20,422 nt of DNA from an uncultured Candidatus Saccharibacteria bacterium (lineage in GTDB: Bacteria > Patescibacteriota > Andersenbacteria > UBA10190 > CAIZMI01). The DNA lies in contig CAYNDL010000016.1 of NCBI GenBank assembly GCA_964396115.1, positions 1 to 20,422 of the forward strand, written 5' to 3'. Of the stretch, positions 14,078-20,422 are shown piece after piece. The notes beneath the pieces are model-generated. The model worked only from the letters and a program-made list of their open reading frames with translations. It had not been told where the DNA came from and searched no databases. The stretch's first letter is position 1. The number at the start of each line of letters is the position of its first letter. The position numbers and the translations under genes were made by a program.

Positions 14078-16372
14078 ATGGACGATCATTTCATTACCTT
14101 TATTGATTTAAGCATTAACACGAGTCTGTCGGCGGTCTGCTCTTAAATTAAAAACTAACGTATTACCAGTATGGCAATAAAAACCAATAGTGAAGTGTGA
14201 ATGATCAACAGAAAGTATTGTATGAGGATGAAGTCTGGGATGATCGATCTGTGCCAACAAATTGAAGCAGTATTCCATGACAGGCGATTACACGGTTTTA
14301 GTTGAACCCATTGCTCGCCAGCCAACTTCTTTAAAGGAGAAATGTATATTTGTTATTGATACTTAATTTGTTCTAATGATTTTCGCTTCAAAAATAATTA
14401 GAAAATTCTTTTAGGTTTATATCAAACAGTTAACTCAAATCAATCACGTACTCGTCATACATCCTAAATATAAAAATAATTGACTAAGCTTATTTAAAAA
14501 TGAATAAAGTTGCTAATAATCTAAACAGAAAAAAGATTGGCCGTTAAAAAAAATAAAGGCACACGAAGATTGAATAAACCCGTAACCATTTGGTGCAATC
14601 AAAGCAAAACTCTTAACAGTAAAATCATAATTTAATAAAATATTTAGCTCTTAAAAATACTAAAAAATGTCATCGGTTGAAGACAATGAAAATGAAACGC
14701 ATAAAATATGAATGCATAAATAATATGGTCGCATTCAATATTAGTGCTCTAAGATAGCACGCGAATAATTTGTATATATTTTATTGTGCTGCATTGTAAC
14801 TCATCACATAAAAATTAATCGAAAGCTCAAGAAGTAAGAAAAAATGGATTTCAATACTAGTTCAAAATGAATCACATAATCGATAACAAAATTAAAAAAT
14901 AAAATAATAATCAGCAAAAATAGTTATACAAAATTATTTGTACAATTAATTTACAAAATGAGTTAAATAAAGCGATATGCAAATAGCGAACAAATTCTTA
15001 TTCAAAAATATTTATATCAGCAAAAAAACCTTTTTAAAAAAAGCGTGTTTAGTTTTCCGGTGGGGAAGGGTAGTAGCAAAAAAAACATTAACGATATTCA
15101 CATAAAAATTATTGAATTTTAAAAAACAATTGTTTTTCTTAACACTCATAGACTTTAAAAAAGTAATAATAAAGTAGGTGTACAACAAAAGTAGTCAAGC
15201 TGAACATTATTTGTGTACAGCCAAAATTGCTATCAAATACTTACGCTATGCCGAAAACAAACAGAGGTTTACTGATGCAAAAAGTATCAATGTCGCAAAT
15301 ATTATTGCGACAAATATTTTAAAGGTTGAAATACACGATCATTAATCTCATAAAATTTACAAAAAACTTATTATTATTCTTCGCTGACTTTTGTTTCACT
15401 TGCAAAGTATTTTGGGTTTATTATTTTCGTTCTGCTTGTAGCAAAATAAATCCAAGACCTAGGAATAATTTTCAAATGAGATAATTTATGGTTACTGAAT
15501 ATTAATATTTAAGTTAACTTGTAATGCGAGTTGTATATGCGTCATAAAATGACTAAGTGTGTTGTGTATGCGTAAATTGTTAAAGAAGCATGAGTTAGTT
15601 TTGTCCTCGAAAAAATCTTTATGTGAATCGATGACTAAAGTTTTGCTTGTACTCTGTCCTTAATTAAGATGTGGTGGACATAGCGGGGAGGAGTATTGGC
15701 AGTAAAAATCACGATGATACCGTGGCGTGTTTAATAAGTGACAGTCTTTTTATGGGATGTGGAAAAGTTGCAATATAGCTAACAAAATATTGTTAAATTT
15801 AGTCTATAATTTTTTAGATCTAGGCTTGGTATATTGCCCTATAAGGGCTTTTTTAAATAATTTTTGTCCAAAGATATTGACGGGAGGCAAAAGTTCTGCT
15901 ATTATTAGTTATGTAGTAAGTTAGTTCGTTAGAAATTTAATATCCGATTGGTCGAAGGTTCCTCAAAAAAATCGGAGTCACCGTTCGACCACTAATCTCC
16001 CCCTATTAGTGGTCGTACGGTGTCTCTGACCAAATGAGTGTGCACGCACTCGCTATAAAAACAAACACAAACAACCTCGAAAAGATTGCACCATTGATCT
16101 TTGGAGGAACTAAGCGGTTAGAAAAAGAGTTTTTGGGAGATTAATCTTTTTCTCTACCAGAAGATCGGAGTCACTAACTTGCTCTGCGTGCAGAAGAGTA
16201 AGTGCATCGCTCCACGCGTCTAGAAGTCATGGCCTCCATGCACTTTTGTACGGAATAAATTCTGTTCAAAAGCGCATGGATGCCGTGCTGATTCGTGGGG
16301 CTAAGCCCCACTAGGCATATAACATTTTTTATGGCCAATCATGTGGGGCTTTTCCTTTATTAACAAACATTT
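14078..16372. other. ~2.3-kb extremely AT-rich tract, A-rich on the plus strand, with no ORF of 60 aa or more on either strand (non-coding or degraded DNA)
   Basis: The six-frame track has no ORF between 14146 and 16373. By eye GC is under ~30%, against low-to-mid 40s in the flanking genes. Runs of A dominate the plus strand. It is bounded by a terminator (14050-14077) and the next gene start (16373). Confidence 0.6.
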
Positions 16373-16738
16373 ATGTCACTCGAAAAAGAATTTGTAGAGC
16401 AGCAAAAAGAAACTTTATTACAAGAAAAGAAAAAAATTGAAGAAGAACTAAAAACATTTACAGCAAAGGATTCTAAACTTGCTGGTGATTATGATGCAAA
16501 ATTTCCTGACTACGGACGAAGTGAATCGGAGAACGCCCAAGAGGAAGAAGAGTATTACTCCCGCGTGGGTAGGGAAGGTTTGCTTGAAACACAATTAGTC
16601 AAAGTTAACTCTGCCTTGAAAAACATTGAAGCCGGTAAATATGGTCTTTGCGAAAAATGCGGTTCAGAAATTGAAAAAGAACGTTTACAAGCAGAACCTG
16701 CTGCCGTAACTTGTCTTGAACACAAGTCTAATCGGTAA
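16373..16738 (+). CDS. TraR/DksA-family zinc-finger protein (variant Cx2C-x17-Cx2H finger)
   Basis: 121 aa. An acidic coiled-coil N-terminus is followed by the C-terminal GKYGLCEKCGSEIEKERLQAEPAAVTCLEH, which is DksA/TraR-like. The 4th ligand is His rather than Cys. Confidence 0.7.
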   Translation: MSLEKEFVEQQKETLLQEKKKIEEELKTFTAKDSKLAGDYDAKFPDYGRSESENAQEEEEYYSRVGREGLLETQLVKVNSALKNIEAGKYGLCEKCGSEIEKERLQAEPAAVTCLEHKSNR

Positions 16739-16760
16739 ATTAACCGTTGGTCTTTCCTGA

Positions 16761-17198
16761 ATGGTCAGACAAAAAACATTCATTGTTGTGATTGCAGCCG
16801 CTGTGGTTGCGTTTGATTTATTTGTAAAATCTCTTGCGGCGGAAAAATTACCTGGCAGTCTTCATGTTGGTTTTGTCGGGTACTATTTTAATGAAAGAGG
16901 CTTGTTTGGGCTTGCACCATTACCTGTGACAATTTTTATTTCTTTAGGTCTCCTGGTTGTTTTTTCTTGGCTGTTTTTGAACACGAAGTCCTTTGCGGAA
17001 AAGACAGCAGTGACATTGATCGTGGCTGGAGGTCTTAGTAATTTTATCGAAAGAATAACCAAGGGAGGTACGACAGATATTTTTATCGTAGGGAAACTCG
17101 GTGCTTTTAACGTCGCAGATGTTGTTATCGTTATTGGGATAATGCTGGTTACAATTAGACAACTTCGGGTTACAAGAACGAAACGACCAAGCGTTTAA
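16761..17198 (+). CDS. lspA: Lipoprotein signal peptidase (signal peptidase II)
   Basis: 145 aa with 4 TM segments. Conserved LspA blocks are present (...GGLSNFIERITKGGTTDIFIVGKLGAFNVADVVIVIG...), with the catalytic Asp in FNVAD. Confidence 0.8.
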   Translation: MVRQKTFIVVIAAAVVAFDLFVKSLAAEKLPGSLHVGFVGYYFNERGLFGLAPLPVTIFISLGLLVVFSWLFLNTKSFAEKTAVTLIVAGGLSNFIERITKGGTTDIFIVGKLGAFNVADVVIVIGIMLVTIRQLRVTRTKRPSV

Positions 17199-17329
17199 AG
17201 AATTTCTAAAAGCTTAGGAAAATTGTCAAAAAAATAGGGCGCATTCCAGGTTGAATGTGTTGTTCTTCACTACGGGTCAGATGAATTAGTTGTATCGTCA
17301 TTGTTACTAACATCGCTTAGTAAGACGAT

Positions 17330-17358
17330 TTGTAAATTTATCGGACGAACATATTATG
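17330..17358 (+). promoter_or_regulatory. Sigma70-like promoter candidate (TTGTAA-N16-TATTAT) for the GlsB-family gene
   Basis: TTGTAA at 17330-17335 and TATTAT at 17352-17357. A GGGGG SD at 17366-17370 precedes the ATG at 17377. Confidence 0.35.
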
Positions 17359-17376
17359 CGAAAGGGGGCGAGATAA

Positions 17377-17622
17377 ATGGGGATAATTCTTTGGATAGTT
17401 CTTGGAGCTATCGCGGGATGGATTGCATCAGCGATAACGAGGTCTAACACAAGTATTGGATGGGATATTATTTTGGGAATTGTTGGCGCATTGGTTGGTG
17501 GGTTTGTGATGTCACTGTTCGGACAGCCGGGAGTCACCGGGTTTAACGTATACAGTATGGTTGTTGCGATCATCGGTGCGATTATAGTTGTTTACTTGGG
17601 AAGACTTTTACGCAGCGCGTAA
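17377..17622 (+). CDS. GlsB/YeaQ/YmgE family stress-response membrane protein (transglycosylase-associated protein)
   Basis: 81 aa. MGIILWIVLGAIAGWIASAI...ILGIVGALVGGFVMSLFG...VVAIIGAIIVVYLGRLL matches the family's GxxxG-rich helices. Confidence 0.8.
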   Translation: MGIILWIVLGAIAGWIASAITRSNTSIGWDIILGIVGALVGGFVMSLFGQPGVTGFNVYSMVVAIIGAIIVVYLGRLLRSA

Positions 17623-17691
17623 GTAGTAGTGCTAACTGCTCTTTAATTAACTCGAGTTTCAAATAACAATTAATAAAAATAAGGAGGTGAA

Positions 17692-17850
17692 ATGATGTCT
17701 GCAGGGGGGAAGAAAAAAGGCTGGAGAAGATCCCGACGGGTCTTTTACGACGATGCATATCTTGAGAGCGGCCTTTCAAAGGGGGAAGCAGAACGCAGAG
17801 CTTGGAAAGCGATATCGATGATTGAGTTTTCTAAGAGAAGCAAAATTTAA
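17692..17850 (+). CDS. Small basic protein, 52 aa (MMSAGGKKKGWRRSRRVFYDDAYLESGLSKGEAERRAWKAISMIEFSKRSKI); absent from the ORF track because it is under 60 aa
   Basis: A perfect SD AAGGAGGTGA at 17681-17690 sits 2 nt before an ATG-ATG start. A terminator lies immediately downstream. The overlapping minus-strand ORF 17582..17779 has no such signals. Confidence 0.5.
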   Translation: MMSAGGKKKGWRRSRRVFYDDAYLESGLSKGEAERRAWKAISMIEFSKRSKI

Positions 17851-17866
17851 TAAATAGCTTAACAGC

Positions 17867-17895
17867 AGGCTCCGCATTCAACGGAGCCTGTTTGT
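17867..17895 (+). terminator. Rho-independent terminator
   Basis: AGGCTCCG(17867-17874) cattcaa CGGAGCCT(17882-17889) GTTTGT. Confidence 0.6.
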
Positions 17896-17924
17896 ATAAA
17901 AGTTAAAAACCATAGCCGTATGGG

Positions 17925-18218
17925 CTATGGTTGGGGAAGGGTCGTCTTCTGGGGGATCGGTGGACGGAAGGGGAGTCGTGCTGGGTGTCTTCCTTCGACG
18001 ATCCGAAATTGAAACGTTTTTCCTGGTAACAGTGCCTGGATCTTTTCACGTGATTGCTCACCGAGGATAATCAGATCCCGTTTAAAGCGGCTGTCGAGGA
18101 AAACTTGGTAAAACCCCAGTAGTGCCTTGACCTCGGGATCCAGCCACTCACTGCCAGTTCTCCTGAGGACAGTAAAGCGTAGTCCCAAGAGATTCGGTAG
18201 GGTATCGGGCAGCTCCAT
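17925..18218 (-). CDS. Hypothetical protein, 97 aa, transcribed divergently from comM/yifB
   Basis: ORF only. No confident domain. Proline-rich C-terminus. Confidence 0.4.
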   Translation of the reverse strand: MELPDTLPNLLGLRFTVLRRTGSEWLDPEVKALLGFYQVFLDSRFKRDLIILGEQSREKIQALLPGKTFQFRIVEGRHPARLPFRPPIPQKTTLPQP

Positions 18219-18318
18219 GCGAGTTCTCCAAAATGAACAAGAAACGGGTCACTAGAAAATAATTTAGATTACGCATCAGGTCAATGTGTAATTTAATATA
18301 TGAACGTATAATATATTC

Positions 18319-19827
18319 ATGTCATCTTTAGTTCACTCAGTTACGATTATTGGCCTTGATGCCGAACCCATAGATGTTGAAGTGGAAGTAATGCCAGGAC
18401 TGCCTAGTGTTACTATTGTTGGTTTACCCGATGCTGCCGTCAAAGAAGCAAAGGAGCGAATAACCGCCGCTTTGGTTAATTCCGGGTTTATACCTCCGCG
18501 TCATAGAACTATCGTAAATCTTGCACCTGCTCATTTAAGGAAGGAGGGGCCACAATTCGATTTACCGATCGCACTGGCTTTCCTGCTTGCATCCGGTCAA
18601 CTTACTGCAAAGGTGGAGAACTTGGTGTTTTCTGGTTCGCTAGGGCTCGACGGATCATTACGGCCGATCTTGGGCAGTGTGGCTGTCGGGGAGTTTGTTG
18701 GTTCAAAAAAGGATCTCATTTTGTTTGTACCAAAGGAGAATGCACAAGAGGCATTATTGGCCGGGGGCAGAGTCTTCGGAGTTGATAGTTTGCGGGACAT
18801 TGTTGATTTTCTTGAGAAAAGAAAAGAATTATTCCTAGCGGAGCGTAGGAACGATAATAACGAACAAAATAATGTATTCTCTGATTTTGCGGAAATTGCC
18901 GGTCAGGAACATGCGAAAAGAGCGTTGGAAGTTGCGGCTGCTGGAGGACATAATGTTCTTTTGCATGGTCCGCCCGGCTCGGGCAAAACATTGTTAGCTC
19001 GGGCTTTTGCCGGAATACTTCCACCGTTAAGTAAGGATGAGGCGTTTCAAGTTACCAAAATTTACAGCATCAAGGGTCTACTGTCAGTACGGGAATCATT
19101 AATGACGCAACGACCTTTTCGATCGCCACACCATTCGACATCAGCGGTCGCCTTAATTGGCGGAGGAACATCACCTCAACCAGGGGAAGTAACGCTCGCA
19201 CACCGCGGTGTCTTGTTTTTAGACGAGTTCGCCGAATTTCCGCGTCATGTTCTCGAACACCTGCGGCAACCTCTTGAGGATGGATATGTGACTGTGAGTA
19301 GAGCAGCAGGAAGCCATGCATTTCCTGCACGCTTTTCACTAGTTGCAGCAATGAATCCTTGCCCCTGCGGTTTTTCAGGAGACACTGGCCGAGTCTGTAC
19401 TTGTAGCTCGGGAGAAATTGCGAGGTACCAGAGAAAAATTTCGGGTCCTCTTCTGGACCGTATTGATCTTCATGTACATGTGCCGGCTGTCCGTGCTGAT
19501 ATTGTTCTTGATACATTCACATCGGAACCTTCTGTTGATGTAAGGCATAGGATAATTAATGCCCGATCCAAACAAACGCAAAGATTTGGCCGCTCAATAA
19601 CGAACGCAGAAATGGGTGGAGAAGAGATCAGAAAACACTGTGTGCTGTCGATGGAAACGAGGAATCTCCTAGCGAAAGCAGCCGACACCCTTAAACTTAG
19701 TACACGTGCAGTGCACCGGACGATGAAGGTAGCCCGAACAATAGCTGATTTGGAAGGTGCTGAAGGGGTCGAGAAGGACCATTTGGCAGAGGCCCTTCAA
19801 TACAGGACTCCTCTAGCGGATCCTTGA
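18319..19827 (+). CDS. comM: YifB/ComM family Mg-chelatase-like AAA+ ATPase
   Basis: 502 aa. The N-terminal Lon-like ChlI domain is present (VEVEVMPGLPSVTIVGLPDAAVKEAKERI...NLAPAHLRKEGPQFDLPIA). Walker A is GPPGSGKT and Walker B is VLFLDEFAEF. The Cys cluster CPCG...C.C and the C-terminal Mg_chelatase_C region are also present. Confidence 0.9.
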   Translation: MSSLVHSVTIIGLDAEPIDVEVEVMPGLPSVTIVGLPDAAVKEAKERITAALVNSGFIPPRHRTIVNLAPAHLRKEGPQFDLPIALAFLLASGQLTAKVENLVFSGSLGLDGSLRPILGSVAVGEFVGSKKDLILFVPKENAQEALLAGGRVFGVDSLRDIVDFLEKRKELFLAERRNDNNEQNNVFSDFAEIAGQEHAKRALEVAAAGGHNVLLHGPPGSGKTLLARAFAGILPPLSKDEAFQVTKIYSIKGLLSVRESLMTQRPFRSPHHSTSAVALIGGGTSPQPGEVTLAHRGVLFLDEFAEFPRHVLEHLRQPLEDGYVTVSRAAGSHAFPARFSLVAAMNPCPCGFSGDTGRVCTCSSGEIARYQRKISGPLLDRIDLHVHVPAVRADIVLDTFTSEPSVDVRHRIINARSKQTQRFGRSITNAEMGGEEIRKHCVLSMETRNLLAKAADTLKLSTRAVHRTMKVARTIADLEGAEGVEKDHLAEALQYRTPLADP

Positions 19828-19929
19828 TTTACGGGTGGTGGGGCGTTAGATTGTCAAAAATGATGACTTTAATTATTGGCTGTTGAAAGCCGTAAATTAT
19901 AGTTGTTTAAACTATAGTATTGACAAAAT

Positions 19930-19958
19930 CGCTATGAAGGAGTATCATAACCCCTTCA
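19930..19958 (+). promoter_or_regulatory. Sigma70-like promoter (TTGACA-N17-TATCAT)
   Basis: TTGACA at 19930-19935 and TATCAT at 19953-19958. It lies about 100 nt past comM and about 375 nt before the next ORF. Confidence 0.45.
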
Positions 19959-19959
19959 A

Positions 19960-20334
19960 AGTTATAAGGGTCTGGATTGAGAGAGCTGGCCCCTTTGACA
20001 ACTAAACTACGGGATTCAAGGAAAAGGCAGGGATGCAGCGGTAATTGCCGCTTCGCTACCCCTGGAATCCAACTGCTTAAACAGCAGGAGCGATAAATGG
20101 CGATTCAGCGTGATGGAAAGGACTGCCCAAGTCTTTACTTGTCATTCTGTGATCAATTATTAATATCGCACTCTTTCCTTGTTACAGCCCGTCAACGGGT
20201 CCGCACTAACTGGTGCGGTTTCCGTCTATGGCGACTTACATCCTTGTGGTGCACTCCTTCCTAGAGAAGGTTAAGCCGCCAGAGACGGGAAATAGATAAC
20301 AATACTGGAGGCCTGCTGAAGGCAGGTAAGAAAA
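19960..20334 (+). ncRNA. Long structured 5' leader / candidate cis-regulatory RNA (riboswitch or attenuator), class not identified
   Basis: ~370 nt with no credible ORF. It contains a nested three-level hairpin GGATTC[..CAGGG[..AGCGG taattg CCGCT..]CCCTG..]GAATCC (~20024-20087). CTGCT taaac AGCAG follows. A terminator-like CCGCAC taactg GTGCGG + TTTCC sits at 20200-20225. GCCTGC tgaa GGCAGG lies next to the start codon. Confidence 0.3.
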
Positions 20335-20422
20335 TGATTGAGAATCTTGTGAGCTGGGTCGAGGTGTTTGTTGTCCTCGGCATCCTCAGTTCCATCGCGA
20401 TCGTTCTGCTTGGTTTTGGACG
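20335..20422 (+). CDS. 5' end of a membrane protein gene (partial; MIENLVSWVEVFVVLGILSSIAIVLLGFG...)
   Basis: ATG at 20335, then a hydrophobic TM-like segment, open to the window edge. No canonical SD at the right spacing. Confidence 0.35.

Noticed and set aside
15940-16330. Tried to read the structured block as RNase P RNA, tmRNA or SRP RNA
   Set aside because: GAAGTCATGGCCTCC vaguely resembles the P4 strand GGAAAGUCC(A/G)UGC, but the universally conserved GGAAAGUCC and the 3' ACAGAA-N-CCGGCUUA partner are absent on both strands. No tRNA-like 5' GGGG...UUCGACGG or 3' GGGUUC.A.UCCC...CCA end is present, and there is no tag-peptide ORF ending ...AA-stop, so it is not tmRNA. The SRP domain-IV motif (AGGUCCGGAAGGAAGCAGC) is absent.
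14078-16372. oriC / DnaA-box cluster, or a dif site, in the AT-rich tract
   Set aside because: TTATCCACA / TGTGGATAA or close variants do not occur, and there is no adjacent dnaA or dnaN. The palindrome-like GAATGCATAAATAATATGGTCGCATTC (14710-14736) only loosely resembles XerCD dif (GGTGCGCATAA-TGTATA-TTATGTTAAAT) and fails on the right arm.
14078-16372. CRISPR array in the ORF-free AT-rich region
   Set aside because: There are no regularly spaced 24-40-nt direct repeats, only short scattered near-repeats of 11-14 nt. No cas genes occur in the window.
17582-17779. 65-aa minus-strand ORF overlapping the small basic protein gene
   Set aside because: It has no SD or promoter. The plus-strand 52-aa ORF has a perfect AAGGAGGTGA SD and a terminator, so the plus-strand gene is preferred.
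1-20422. Mobile-element genes (transposase, integrase, recombinase), rRNA, toxin-antitoxin or recognisable defence-system genes
   Set aside because: No ORF in any frame shows the DDE, tyrosine-recombinase or serine-recombinase catalytic motifs. No 16S/23S/5S-like conserved stretches occur. The island hypothesis therefore rests on composition and tRNA adjacency only.

Overview
This looks like a bacterial chromosomal window with moderate AT bias. A conserved housekeeping core sits between two compositionally odd segments. The core is a GT-B glycosyltransferase, a ClpC-type Clp/Hsp100 ATPase, rpsO-pnp, a large membrane-anchored hypothetical, a TraR/DksA-like zinc-finger protein, lspA, a GlsB/YeaQ/YmgE membrane protein, a small 52-aa protein, and the comM/yifB Mg-chelatase-like ATPase.

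The first odd segment, about 150-4700, is visibly GC-rich and GC3-rich, which contrasts with the A/T-ending codon preference in ClpC and PNPase. It encodes an SPFH/band-7 membrane protein with a membrane partner, then four secreted or membrane low-complexity proteins. It ends about 450 bp before a tRNA-Leu(UAG) gene. That tRNA is followed by a strong terminator and short inverted copies of its own T-arm. Taken together this reads as a horizontally acquired island at a tRNA integration hotspot, with the integrase end outside the window.

The second odd segment, about 14078-16372, is a ~2.3 kb extremely AT-rich tract. The plus strand is A-rich and no ORF of 60 aa or more appears on either strand. 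A tighter, GC-enriched, hairpin-dense block of about 390 nt at its 3' end is the best ncRNA candidate. At the right edge, a sigma70-like promoter is followed by a ~370-nt structured leader ahead of a membrane-protein gene, which is a candidate riboswitch or attenuator.

I see no rRNA, no CRISPR array, and no transposase or integrase. All GC fractions quoted are by-eye estimates, not computed values.
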